64,000 nucleotides of DNA from Escherichia coli (GCF_050320075.1 NZ_CP190018.1); one strand, 5' to 3'; numbered from the stretch's first letter, positions 1-10,044 are shown. The notes: a model not told the origin generated them from the sequence alone. Numbers and translations: made by a program.

Positions 1-1
1 C

Positions 2-1261
2 CAAGGGAATACTCGCGTTCGGGTTGATAACATTGGCGGCGTCGGTGCACAAACGGTCAACGGTATTGAACTCATTGAGGTCGGCGGTAATTCTGCAGGT
101 AACTTCGCGCTGACCACCGGAACTGTCGAAGCTGGGGCTTACGTCTACACGCTGGCTAAAGGGAAGGGGAATGACGAGAAAAACTGGTATCTGACCAGTA
201 AATGGGATGGCGTAACGCCAGCGGATACACCCGATCCCATCAATAATCCCCCTGTTGTGGATCCGGAAGGCCCATCAGTTTATCGCCCGGAGGCCGGAAG
301 CTATATCAGCAACATTGCCGCAGCCAACTCGCTGTTTAGCCATCGCTTACACGACCGTCTGGGTGAGCCGCAGTATACAGATTCACTGCATTCTCAGGGT
401 TCGGCAAGCAGTATGTGGATGCGTCATGTCGGGGGGCACGAACGTTTCAGGACCGGTGACGGCCAGCTAAATACTCAGGCTAACCGCTATGTATTGCAGC
501 TAGGCGGCGATTTGGCGCAGTGGAGTAGCAACGCGCAGGATCGCTGGCATCTTGGCGTGATGGCAGGCTACGCCAATCAGCACAGTAATACTCAGAGTAA
601 TCGTGTGGGTTATAAATCGGATGGGCGCATCAGCGGTTACAGCGCAGGACTGTACGCGACCTGGTATCAGAACGATGCGAATAAGACCGGCGCTTATGTT
701 GACAGCTGGGCGCTGTATAACTGGTTTGATAACAGCGTCAGTTCCGATAACCGTTCTGCTGACGACTATGATTCTCGCGGTGTGACGGCCTCTGTTGAGG
801 GTGGGTATACCTTTGAAGCGGGAACTTTTAGCGGCAGCGAAGGGACGCTGAATACCTGGTACGTCCAGCCACAGGTACAAATCACCTGGATGGGTGTGAA
901 AGATTCTGACCATACCCGGAAAGACGGAACACGCATTGAAACGGAAGGCGACGGAAACGTGCAAACGCGACTTGGGGTGAAAACCTACCTGAACAGCCAT
1001 CACCAGCGTGACGATGGTAAACAGCGTGAGTTCCAGCCTTACATTGAAGCGAACTGGATCAACAACAGCAAAGTCTACGCAGTGAAGATGAATGGTCAAA
1101 CCGTAAGCCGTGATGGTGCGCGTAATCTCGGTGAAGTACGTACCGGGGTTGAGGCGAAAGTAAATAACAACCTTAGCCTGTGGGGGAATGTCGGTGTGCA
1201 ACTAGGTGATAAAGGCTATAGCGATACTCAGGGCATGCTGGGAGTGAAATATAGCTGGTAA
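2..1261 (+). CDS. Autotransporter C-terminal beta-barrel (translocator) domain, 5' partial; reading frame open from window start
   Basis: Frame open from nt 2 to the stop at 1261; Gly/Tyr/Trp-rich beta-strand sequence ending in KYSW, typical of an autotransporter outer-membrane barrel terminus; lies upstream of hipBA where K-12 has the yneO/ydeK autotransporter remnant. Confidence 0.75.
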   Translation, partial: QGNTRVRVDNIGGVGAQTVNGIELIEVGGNSAGNFALTTGTVEAGAYVYTLAKGKGNDEKNWYLTSKWDGVTPADTPDPINNPPVVDPEGPSVYRPEAGSYISNIAAANSLFSHRLHDRLGEPQYTDSLHSQGSASSMWMRHVGGHERFRTGDGQLNTQANRYVLQLGGDLAQWSSNAQDRWHLGVMAGYANQHSNTQSNRVGYKSDGRISGYSAGLYATWYQNDANKTGAYVDSWALYNWFDNSVSSDNRSADDYDSRGVTASVEGGYTFEAGTFSGSEGTLNTWYVQPQVQITWMGVKDSDHTRKDGTRIETEGDGNVQTRLGVKTYLNSHHQRDDGKQREFQPYIEANWINNSKVYAVKMNGQTVSRDGARNLGEVRTGVEAKVNNNLSLWGNVGVQLGDKGYSDTQGMLGVKYSW

Positions 1262-1268
1262 ACCGTAT

Positions 1269-1300
1269 AAGCCGCATGTCGAGATGGCATGCGGCTTAAG
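1269..1300 (+). terminator. Hairpin after autotransporter stop (aagccgcatg...catgcggctt)
   Basis: Perfect inverted repeat seen directly; no strong T-run follows, so terminator function is uncertain. Confidence 0.4.
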
Positions 1301-1309
1301 CCTTCCTTT

Positions 1310-1423
1310 TATCCGCGATCGCGGATATCGCAGCGTTTATCCCGTACAGCGGATAAGATGTGTTTCCTGATTGACTTTATCCCCACTAAAGGATAAAACT
1401 GATAATATCCCCTTGAGCGGATA
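1310..1423 (+). promoter_or_regulatory. hipBA promoter region with four HipB operator palindromes TATCC-N8-GGATA
   Basis: Four exact TATCC(N8)GGATA sites read directly at 1310-1327, 1338-1355, 1378-1395 and 1406-1423, immediately upstream of hipB. Confidence 0.9.
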
Positions 1424-1444
1424 AATATGCTGTGGACGTATGAC

Positions 1445-1711
1445 ATGATGAGCTTTCAGAAGATCTATAGCCCAACGCAATTAGCGAATGCAATGAAACT
1501 GGTTCGTCAGCAAAATGGCTGGACGCAGAGCGAGCTGGCGAAAAAAATCGGCATTAAGCAGGCGACAATTTCCAATTTCGAAAACAACCCTGACAATACC
1601 ACGCTGACGACATTTTTTAAGATTTTACAGTCGCTTGAACTCTCAATGACGCTATGCGACACGAAAAATGCCTCGCCAGAATCAACAGAACAGCAAGATC
1701 TGGAGTGGTAA
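1445..1711 (+). CDS. hipB: HipB antitoxin (Xre-family HTH repressor)
   Basis: 88-aa product starting MMSFQKIYSPTQLANAMK matches HipB as recalled; 1-nt overlap with hipA start (TAATG). Confidence 0.95.
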   Translation: MMSFQKIYSPTQLANAMKLVRQQNGWTQSELAKKIGIKQATISNFENNPDNTTLTTFFKILQSLELSMTLCDTKNASPESTEQQDLEW

Positions 1712-3033
1712 TGCCTAAACTTGTCACTTGGATGAACAACCAGCGGGTAGGCGAGTTAACGAAGTTAGCCAATGGCGCGCACACCTTTAAGTATGCACCG
1801 GAGTGGTTAGCCAACCGTTATGCCAGACCGTTATCACTTTCGCTGCCATTGCAGAGGGGGAATATCACCTCTGATGCCGTATTTAACTTCTTCGATAACC
1901 TGTTACCCGATAGCCCGATTGTACGTGACCGGATCGTTAAACGTTATCATGCCAAATCCAGACAACCGTTTGATTTATTGTCAGAAATAGGGCGAGACAG
2001 CGTTGGTGCCGTGACGTTAATACCCGAAGATGAAACCGTAACGCATCCGATAATGGCATGGGAAAAGCTTACTGAAGCCAGACTTGAAGAAGTATTAACG
2101 GCTTATAAAGCAGATATCCCTCTGGGCATGATTAGAGAAGAAAATGACTTTCGCATCTCGGTTGCTGGCGCGCAGGAGAAGACAGCGCTGCTCAGAATAG
2201 GCAATGACTGGTGCATTCCGAAAGGAATAACGCCGACGACGCACATCATTAAATTACCGATTGGCGAAATCAGGCAGCCCAATGCGACGCTCGATCTCAG
2301 CCAAAGCGTTGATAATGAGTATTACTGTCTGCTGCTGGCGAAAGAACTTGGGTTGAATGTGCCGGACGCAGAAATCATTAAAGCGGGGAATGTGCGCGCG
2401 TTAGCGGTCGAACGTTTTGACAGGCGTTGGAATGCTGAGCGAACGGTTTTACTTCGCTTGCCACAGGAGGATATGTGTCAGACATTCGGTTTACCTTCAT
2501 CGGTGAAATATGAATCAGATGGAGGCCCAGGCATCGCGCGGATCATGGCTTTTTTGATGGGGTCCAGCGAGGCGCTGAAAGATCGCTATGATTTTATGAA
2601 GTTTCAGGTGTTCCAGTGGTTGATTGGCGCAACGGATGGCCATGCAAAAAACTTCTCCGTATTTATTCAGGCTGGCGGCAGTTATCGACTCACGCCATTT
2701 TACGACATCATTTCAGCATTTCCGGTATTGGGTGGCGCAGGAATACACATCAGCGATCTCAAACTGGCAATGGGGGTTAACGCATCCAAAGGCAAAAAAA
2801 CGGCAATCGATAAAATTTATCCGCGACATTTTCTGGCGACAGCAAAGGTGCTGAAATTTCCGGAAGTGCAGATGCATGAAATCCTGAGTGACTTTGCCAG
2901 AATGATTCCGGCAGCACTGGATAACGTGAAGACTTCATTACCGACAGATTTTCCGGAGAACGTGGTGACGGCAGTTGAAACCAATGTGTTGAGGTTGCAC
3001 GGCCGGTTAAGCCGAGAATACGGTATTAAGTAA
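1711..3033 (+). CDS. hipA: HipA serine/threonine kinase toxin
   Basis: 440-aa product starting MPKLVTWMNNQRVGELTKL; Gly22 present (wild type at that position, not the hipA7 G22S allele). Confidence 0.95.
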   Translation: MPKLVTWMNNQRVGELTKLANGAHTFKYAPEWLANRYARPLSLSLPLQRGNITSDAVFNFFDNLLPDSPIVRDRIVKRYHAKSRQPFDLLSEIGRDSVGAVTLIPEDETVTHPIMAWEKLTEARLEEVLTAYKADIPLGMIREENDFRISVAGAQEKTALLRIGNDWCIPKGITPTTHIIKLPIGEIRQPNATLDLSQSVDNEYYCLLLAKELGLNVPDAEIIKAGNVRALAVERFDRRWNAERTVLLRLPQEDMCQTFGLPSSVKYESDGGPGIARIMAFLMGSSEALKDRYDFMKFQVFQWLIGATDGHAKNFSVFIQAGGSYRLTPFYDIISAFPVLGGAGIHISDLKLAMGVNASKGKKTAIDKIYPRHFLATAKVLKFPEVQMHEILSDFARMIPAALDNVKTSLPTDFPENVVTAVETNVLRLHGRLSREYGIK

Positions 3034-3232
3034 GATATGGGGTTTTGGTCGTTGTTAATGAGCAGGACAATCATGACCGCCAACGACTGGATTCTCCCTT
3101 GGTTTATGTTTGTCAAAGCTCAGTGAAAATGTCTAATCACTGGCTCATTAGAAATGTCCATATGTTGAAAAGGCCGCTGCGAAAATCCCTCCCGCAACGG
3201 CCTCTTTAGCATAACGTCATTATGCGAACCAA

Positions 3233-4585
3233 TTATGGTTTGAGTTTATACTTCTGACCATTAATGATTTTTTTGATTAACTCGAATGCAGCGGGGGAAT
3301 ATTTATGAACACCTTCCTTCCCCGTTTTCACTAGCACATGATAGTTATTATCTGAGGATTTAATATTAAAACCAGTTTCCTTGTGTATTCTTTCTAATAC
3401 TTTATGGACGTAATGCCAAGATCCCATATCAAGTAATTTTGCAAGTTCAGATATGGTGTAGGGATAGCTTGCGTTAAGTGCTTGCCCATTATTTAACTCT
3501 GCAATTCCATAAAGTTTCGCTAACACGTTATCTTGCTCAGCAATGTTCTTAAGCATTTCAAAATCATATGGAAGCTCTTGTTTTACAAGAGATTGAGAGG
3601 CAAATGTATAGGTTCTGGCTAATAGCGCCCTGACTAATTTTGGGTTAACACTGATTTCTGGCGTATTTGACGATAGGGCATCATAAATCCAACCGAAATC
3701 ATTGGCATAGATCACTTTGATTCGGATGCTTTTATTTTCACCAACACCAATCAAAATCTCTTTCTGGTGTGAACCTGTACCTTCACATTCTGGACTAAAG
3801 GAAACCAAATAAATATTCGGAATCAAAGCGTTATTTGGCGCAATTATCTCATCAATATCAGACAGGATGGCTTTAATATTCTCATCATTAATACTATAGC
3901 CAATGAAGAACAACGGATGCTCGACGAAATATGTTAATAGTTTTGCACTGATATACTTTTTACGCTTATAAAACTCAACATAGTCTTCATTTGTTATAAT
4001 GATGCTTTCTGGTTCTTTACTACTGCCGTGAATCTTCATGATTTCACCGTATGTAGTATAGTTAACAGTCACAACATTATGGCCAACTATCGGTTGGTAG
4101 TTATCAAATATCTTTTCAAGCAGATCGTCATAGTTTGTTGTAATAATGGCATGGGGCCTTACTTTTTTTAACTTTTCAATTTCTTCAGTGTACTCCATTG
4201 CTGAAAAATCAACCGAGTCTGAAAGGTTATTCAACAATGTTGCAATCTCATGCTTGATATATATATCTTTAGAGCTTTTTCCATTGAAATACTGTTCAGG
4301 ATAACGAGATGTCCCCACATCCCAAGCCCACTCAGCGTATGACTCAGAAAAATCACTTGCTATCATTGGTTTATTGTCATTTCTTGTTTGACTGTAGTAA
4401 CCATACGGGCGAGTGATTAATGGGCAAGTTTCAGCGAGATACTTTAACAGGTTTTCCCAATCAGGAGCTTTCAAGTAGCGTTGAGATACCCCTGCACCCA
4501 TAAAGAGAATTGGCTGTACCTGTAAACCTTCAAGACATGATTTGATATCTTCAATTATTTCTGTCTGATATTCAGAGAAGTCCAT
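3233..4585 (-). CDS. SIR2-like (SIR2_2 / DHS-like NAD-binding fold) protein with uncharacterised C-terminal domain; candidate orphan defence NADase
   Basis: 450-aa ORF; N-terminal motifs PILFMGAGVSQ...PDWENLL, then ITTNYDDLLE and KIHGS resemble the defence-associated SIR2 family (ThsA-like/DSR-like); markedly low GC compared with flanks; function is inferred. Confidence 0.6.
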   Translation of the reverse strand: MDFSEYQTEIIEDIKSCLEGLQVQPILFMGAGVSQRYLKAPDWENLLKYLAETCPLITRPYGYYSQTRNDNKPMIASDFSESYAEWAWDVGTSRYPEQYFNGKSSKDIYIKHEIATLLNNLSDSVDFSAMEYTEEIEKLKKVRPHAIITTNYDDLLEKIFDNYQPIVGHNVVTVNYTTYGEIMKIHGSSKEPESIIITNEDYVEFYKRKKYISAKLLTYFVEHPLFFIGYSINDENIKAILSDIDEIIAPNNALIPNIYLVSFSPECEGTGSHQKEILIGVGENKSIRIKVIYANDFGWIYDALSSNTPEISVNPKLVRALLARTYTFASQSLVKQELPYDFEMLKNIAEQDNVLAKLYGIAELNNGQALNASYPYTISELAKLLDMGSWHYVHKVLERIHKETGFNIKSSDNNYHVLVKTGKEGVHKYSPAAFELIKKIINGQKYKLKP

Positions 4586-4799
4586 ACTTTAGCCTTTAGG
4601 ATGTGAGATGCTGGAGTAGTAAATCGCCGCGGAGCGGTTCGGGGTTCTGTGACACCCGAATTTTACCTCGGTTTCCTTTGTATATAATATCATTGAAGTT
4701 ATTTGCATTTCTCAGAAATCTTCTCTGGCTTTGATTGCTATAGCCGAAAGATAGCGCACACTTCGCCGTTGGTCAGTTAGTACGAGGTTTCCGCCAAGT

Positions 4800-5835
4800 T
4801 CACCTTTTACCAAAGATGGCCTCAGAGCTTCCCTGAAGCTTTATCATGGTTTCAAGTAGGTCATCTTCGTTCAGTGAGCGCTGAGATTTGTTGATGCTAG
4901 GCGCGTGCCGTCTGCGGGAAGGCTCATCACCAGAACAAGGTAACGATAGTGAGCGATTATTGTCCCGTTTTCTCTGGACCTGACGGGCAACATCCAACAC
5001 ATGGCCAAGTCTCTTGTTATCTACAATGGCGACGGGCTCAACCTCAGAAAGCCGGTCATAGGTGGAGTAGGGTAGCAGCACGCCATTTAGTCGCAGCTCC
5101 TTATGTCCGTCAGGATAATGCCAGACATCAATATACTTGCCGATGGCTCTTCGACTGTACTCGTTGTCCTCAATCAGATAGAGCATTTTATCGTATTGTA
5201 CAGTCAGATTTTTTGATACCCGGCGAGGCTCTCGCCAGGTAAATTCTGCATCAAGGTCATCGTCTAATGCCAGCGGCCGGTACGCGTTAAAATCATGCAA
5301 GGGTTCTTTGGCAAAGCGCCGGTTATAATCCGCCATGTATTCTTCTGCAAATGCATTGGCCGCTTCTATTGTACAGATCCCCTTAAGCCTGAGCTCCTTA
5401 ACGAGTCGGTCCTGAAGTGTCAAATGAGCACGTTCAACGCGGCCTTTTGCCTGGCTGGTTTCAGCACACAAAGGAGTAATATTAAGGCAGCGCATGGCCC
5501 TGGCAAACTGGGTATCGCCGAGACCGGTGGTGGCGTGCTTATTATTGACTCTGAATACGCTGGCTTTATCGCTGTAGAGGATCATCGGTTTACCGTATTC
5601 AGTGGTGGTCGCAGCCATCAATTTGTATCAGCTCGCCAGTACAAGGACGCCGGTAACGAGGCTGATGAATTTTCGGTGCGCGTTGTCTGCGGGGGATCCA
5701 GAGTCCCGCGTTTATCATGAGACGTCGGATGGTTTCCTTTCCAAGGACCAGACCGTGAACTTCCTCCAGCTTTTCCCGCGCCAGCGTGGGGCCAAAATCA
5801 CGGTAGTGCTCCCGGATTATACTGAGTGCCTCCAA
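4800..5835 (-). pseudogene. rve-type (integrase-core, DDE) transposase split by a frameshift; IS remnant
   Basis: Two overlapping ORFs in different frames (5599..5835 N-terminal part ending IQIDGCDHH; 4800..5621 C-terminal part with YSDKASVF and KGRVERAHLTL motifs) together resemble one IS481/ISNCY-like transposase; family assignment is tentative. Confidence 0.55.
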
Positions 5836-6198
5836 TGAGCCACAAATAGAACATTAGCATTGAGCCTCTATAATTTTGGTGCGCATAATGTATATTATGT
5901 TAAATGTGGTGGGTTTGTTCTTAAGTTCATGTGTTCCGCTCTTTCAGTAGCTTAACTGATGAATCAGTCAGCAGCTCTTGCCGTGCAAGCTACGCGGCGG
6001 TTCGTACCAGATTGGCCACCTCCATCTCCTGGTTCGCTTTCCCCTCCCCCCGGTAAACCTCACCCAACGTTAATTAATGATGTCAGTATGTGGGCGCTAT
6101 CCTTGTATGTAAAATCCACTGACGATTACGCCCATCTGTGAAAAAAAACTCACAATGCCATTCGATGCATCTCCATACTGAACGAGGCGTTATCGTCT

Positions 6199-7098
6199 TT
6201 ATCGCCCCGTAGTGGATATCAGAAAATCAATCAGGGCCTTCACTCTTTTCGTTTTACCCGCGTTTTTGGGGTAATAGAGATACACTGGCGGGTAGGTTTT
6301 CCAGTATCTCTCCATCACCGGAATAAAGCGCTCCCTGTCCGGCTGTAACTGCCAGACAGGCTCAAACAAGCGCCCAATTCCCAGCCCGTTACGGATCCCG
6401 TCTGCCATAACGTCAATATCGTTGCTGATTAACTGCCCCGGCATCTCAACGGTCAACTGCTCACCGCGATCGTTCAGGAGCAGCGGAAGGATGCGGTTGT
6501 TGGTGATAAAACGGTAACCAATCAGCTGGTGATGACAGAGATCTGCCGGCACTTCAGGCGTTCCATGTCGGGAGAGATACGCTGAGGATGCATATAATCC
6601 TTCACGAAACGGTTTCATTAACGGTCGGGCCACCACCCCTCCCTCAAGAATATCGCCAAAACGGATCCCCAGATCAAAACGCTCTTTGATGATATTCACG
6701 GTACCGTCGTAGACCGAAATTTCTAACTGTATACCCGGATATTGCTGACAGAATTCTGCCATCGCAGGCTTAAGAATTAACAGGTAGGCAAAACGCGAGA
6801 GCGTAATTCGCACCATCCCAGAGGGCTCCTGATGCTGGTCGCGAATGCTTTCAAGTGAGTTTTCCAGCGACTCCACCGCCGCAGCGGTCTGTTCCAGCAA
6901 TAATTGACCGGTTTCCGTCAGCTCTATACGGCGGGTCGTACGCACAAAAAGCGGATGGCCGATATACTCTTCCAGCAGCTTTAGTGCATTGCTGACGGAG
7001 GGAGGCGTAATTTCCAGTTTCCTTGCGGCTGCCGAAATATTGCCCTCCCGCGCAATGCTCTGGAAGATGCGAATCTGGTTATAAAGAGCGTTATTCAT
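6199..7098 (-). CDS. LysR-family transcriptional regulator
   Basis: 299 aa; N-terminal HTH IAREGNISAAARKLEITPPSVSNALKLLEE typical of LysR family; divergent from adjacent operon. Confidence 0.85.
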   Translation of the reverse strand: MNNALYNQIRIFQSIAREGNISAAARKLEITPPSVSNALKLLEEYIGHPLFVRTTRRIELTETGQLLLEQTAAAVESLENSLESIRDQHQEPSGMVRITLSRFAYLLILKPAMAEFCQQYPGIQLEISVYDGTVNIIKERFDLGIRFGDILEGGVVARPLMKPFREGLYASSAYLSRHGTPEVPADLCHHQLIGYRFITNNRILPLLLNDRGEQLTVEMPGQLISNDIDVMADGIRNGLGIGRLFEPVWQLQPDRERFIPVMERYWKTYPPVYLYYPKNAGKTKRVKALIDFLISTTGR

Positions 7099-7233
7099 AA
7101 TGTTTTCCTAAGCAATTCTCGCCTGATTATTAAGTACAGTCTAAAAATGCTTAAGTCAATGACCCTCTAATCTTCCTGAAATACGCCTCTTATACTTTAG
7201 TCTCTTTCTACTACGACCTGAGTTCAGGAGACT

Positions 7234-7545
7234 ATGATGCGAATTTTATGTCTGGATATCCCTGCCCCTGGAGCATCGCTGGAGAAATATGCTCCGCACC
7301 TCAACGCTGAAGCGCTGCACGCCTGGGGATTGTATAAATCAGGCTTCATCCGCGACATCTACTTCCGTCAGGACAGACCTGGCGTCGCTATTTTTCTTGA
7401 ATGTGACTCTGTCGATGAAGCGATGAACGTTATGGCCGAATTCCCGTTGGCAAAAGCAGGCTTACTAAGCTTCGAGTGTATACCGCTTGGCTCCTTTATT
7501 AACTGGGAAAATCTCTTCGCCGATGAATTTAAAAATAAAGAGTGA
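7234..7545 (+). CDS. Small muconolactone-isomerase-like (Dabb-fold) protein
   Basis: 103 aa, AGGAG RBS at 7225-7229; pattern W-G-(x)-R-Y-(x)-G-V-F-(x)-S-(x)-EA-M-(x)-PL resembles the muconolactone isomerase family; weak, by recollection. Confidence 0.45.
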   Translation: MMRILCLDIPAPGASLEKYAPHLNAEALHAWGLYKSGFIRDIYFRQDRPGVAIFLECDSVDEAMNVMAEFPLAKAGLLSFECIPLGSFINWENLFADEFKNKE

Positions 7546-7553
7546 GGACCGAT

Positions 7554-8243
7554 ATGAAACCTGCATATAAACCAGTGCTATGTGTCGTTTCCAGCCATCC
7601 GATTAAAGGCGCATCCGGTGTACCAACCGGTTTTTTCCTGGCCGAGCTGACTCATCCGCTGAAAGTACTGGAAGATGCCGGAATAAAAACAACAATAGCC
7701 AGTATTCGCGGGGGGCAGCCACCGGTGGATGGATTTGACCTCAGCGACCCTGTTAACGCCTGGTACTGGAACGAAACCGATTTTCAGCAGCGCCTGGCAA
7801 CAACACCTGCGTTATCCGAGCTGAAAGGTGCCGATTACAGCGCAGTTTTCTTTGCAGGTGGTCATGGGACCATGTGGGATTTCCGTGATAATCAGGATGC
7901 CCAGCGTATTATCCGCGAAGTGTATGAAAGTGATGGGATTGTCTCAGCCGTCTGCCACGGGCCTGCGGCATTGGTTGACGCAAAACTCAGTAGCGGCGAA
8001 TACCTGATAAAAGGGAAAAATGTGGCGGCCTTTACCAACAAGGAAGAGGAAGAAGTTCACACAACAGATGTGGTTCCCTTCCTGCTTGAAACCGCACTTC
8101 GCGAGCATGGTGCGCTTTATCATGAAGCTCCAAACTGGTCTGAAAACGTGGTTACCGACGATCGCCTTATCACGGGGCAGAATCCCGCTTCAGCACATGG
8201 GGTTGGTGTGGCGCTGTTAAATGCACTCCGCCGGACAGCTTAA
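7554..8243 (+). CDS. DJ-1/PfpI (class I glutamine amidotransferase-like) family protein
   Basis: ATG at 7554 with GAGG RBS; conserved AVCHGPAAL nucleophile-elbow-type motif. Confidence 0.75.
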   Translation: MKPAYKPVLCVVSSHPIKGASGVPTGFFLAELTHPLKVLEDAGIKTTIASIRGGQPPVDGFDLSDPVNAWYWNETDFQQRLATTPALSELKGADYSAVFFAGGHGTMWDFRDNQDAQRIIREVYESDGIVSAVCHGPAALVDAKLSSGEYLIKGKNVAAFTNKEEEEVHTTDVVPFLLETALREHGALYHEAPNWSENVVTDDRLITGQNPASAHGVGVALLNALRRTA

Positions 8244-8316
8244 TTAATTCATCGTTACTCACCTTACTTGGCCGGTTTAAGTCAGCCACGATCCGGCCTT
8301 TTTTCAGGAGCTGAAT

Positions 8317-9264
8317 ATGAAAACACTACCTCCAGTCGCACTAGGTACATGGTCCTGGGGCACAGGCTTTGCCGGCGGCGACACCGTCTTTGGTAATCAT
8401 CTTTCTGATACTCAGATGGCAGAAGTGTTCACTGCGGCCATGAGTAAGGGCCTCAATCTCTGGGATACCGCAGCAGTATATGGTATGGGGAGTTCCGAGA
8501 CTGCGCTGGGAGCATTAGTCCGTCAGTTTCCCCGCGAGAACATAATTTTATCCACCAAATTCACGCCGCAGATTGCGGACAAGCAGTCTGCGCAGCCTGT
8601 CAGCGATATGCTTGAGGCCAGCCTTGGGCGCCTGGGCGTGGACGCGATTGATATCTACTGGATCCATAATCCCCTCGACGTCGAAAAATGGACACCAGGA
8701 CTGATCCCACTTTTACAAAGCGGTAAGGTAAAACGCGTAGGTGTTTCCAACCACAATCTGGCACAAATCAGACGCGCCAATGAAATCCTTAACGCTTCCG
8801 GTTATTCCCTCAGTGCAGTACAAAATCACTACAGCCTGCTCTATCGCGCTTCTGAAGAGGCCGGGATCCTTGATTATTGCCGACAAAATAACATCACGTT
8901 CTTTGCTTACATGGTCCTGGAGCAAGGCGCGCTCAGTGGTCGTTATGATTCAAATCATCCCATGCCTGCCGGGAGTGGCCGGGCCGAAAGTTATAACGCA
9001 GTACTGCCGCAGATAGAAAGACTAACCGCCGCCATGAAAAAAATGGGAGCCGAAAGGAATGCCAGCGTGGCACAGATAGCCATCGCATGGGCTATTGCGA
9101 AAGGTACCCTTCCCCTCGTTGGTGCGACTAAAGTCCATCACGTTCTGGACGCCGCCTGCGCTTCAGACATCCAGTTACGCGATGAGGAAATCATCCTGCT
9201 GGAACAACTCGCCGCAGAGACCAGAGTGGATACACGAGGCGCCTGGGAAAAACCGATGGTGTAA
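8317..9264 (+). CDS. Aldo/keto reductase
   Basis: 315 aa; AKR-type motifs (WDTAAVYG, LSTKF, GVSNH). Confidence 0.8.
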   Translation: MKTLPPVALGTWSWGTGFAGGDTVFGNHLSDTQMAEVFTAAMSKGLNLWDTAAVYGMGSSETALGALVRQFPRENIILSTKFTPQIADKQSAQPVSDMLEASLGRLGVDAIDIYWIHNPLDVEKWTPGLIPLLQSGKVKRVGVSNHNLAQIRRANEILNASGYSLSAVQNHYSLLYRASEEAGILDYCRQNNITFFAYMVLEQGALSGRYDSNHPMPAGSGRAESYNAVLPQIERLTAAMKKMGAERNASVAQIAIAWAIAKGTLPLVGATKVHHVLDAACASDIQLRDEEIILLEQLAAETRVDTRGAWEKPMV

Positions 9265-9366
9265 AGCCCGTCCGGAACAGACTGTCATGAATGACACACA
9301 CGAACGGGCTGTTCCGGGTGATTCTAATCTGTATCACTTTTACTGCTTTGTATGAATGGTGAGAAT

Positions 9367-10044
9367 ATGAAAATCATTTGCCTCGAAGAACATTATCTCG
9401 ACAGCGAGTTAGGGCGAGCGTGTATGCCTGTTGCGCTTGAGCAGGCACCTTTCCTTGGCGACAGGGGGAAAACCGTCGCTGATGGTCATAATCCTGACCG
9501 ACTCCCTGCTTTCCCGCTTTAATAAACTGAATGTGCCACTCTATCTTCATCCCGGGTTACCGCTTAAAAGCGTACAGCAGGCCTACTTCACGGGCTTCAG
9601 CGCAGAGGTCAACGCCAGGCTTTCTATGTTTGCCTGGGGCTGGCATCACGAAGCGGGGATCCATTTGTTGCGGCTGATGTTATCGGGCGCATTTGATAAA
9701 TATCCCAACCTGCAGGTAATCAGTGGCCACTGGGGGGAGATGTTACCCTTCTGGCTCCAGCGTCTTGATGACAGCCTACCACTGGCTGCAACGGGTCTGT
9801 CACGCACGCTAACGAGAACCTTCCAGGAACACGTTTACGTTACCCCGTCATATGCTAACACTGCCGCACTTCCAGTTTATCTACGCGTTAATGGGTGCTG
9901 AAAGGATCCTGTTCTCCGTCGGTTATCCCTATCAGACCCCTGGACGGTGTAAAAACCTTTATAGACAGTCTGCCCGTCAACAAGGCTGAAAAAGAGGCCA
10001 TCGCGTTTCGCAATGCAGAACGTTTACTGGGCATCACGGTTTAG
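9367..10044 (+). pseudogene. Amidohydrolase-2 family gene broken into three reading frames
   Basis: Starts MKIICLEEHY (frame 1, stops after about 50 codons), continues in the 9431..9901 ORF (HWGEMLPFW motif) and ends in a third frame (ILFSVGYPY ... AERLLGITV stop); at least two frameshifts. Confidence 0.6.

Noticed and set aside
500-1201. 233-aa minus-strand ORF
   Set aside because: Antisense to the autotransporter beta-domain, which has a clear family signature; the antisense ORF has none.
5295-5720. 141-aa plus-strand ORF inside the IS remnant
   Set aside because: Antisense to the transposase frames; no independent evidence.
5959-6141. 60-aa Pro-rich ORF between the IS remnant and the LysR gene
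   Set aside because: No RBS, low-complexity composition; more likely IS-end or intergenic sequence.
3034-6198. Searched for a TIR-domain (ThsB), HerA, Argonaute or STAND partner next to the SIR2-like gene
   Set aside because: No ORF of adequate size exists in the flanking gaps; the only neighbours are hipA and the transposase remnant, so a two-gene Thoeris or SIR2-HerA call is not supported.
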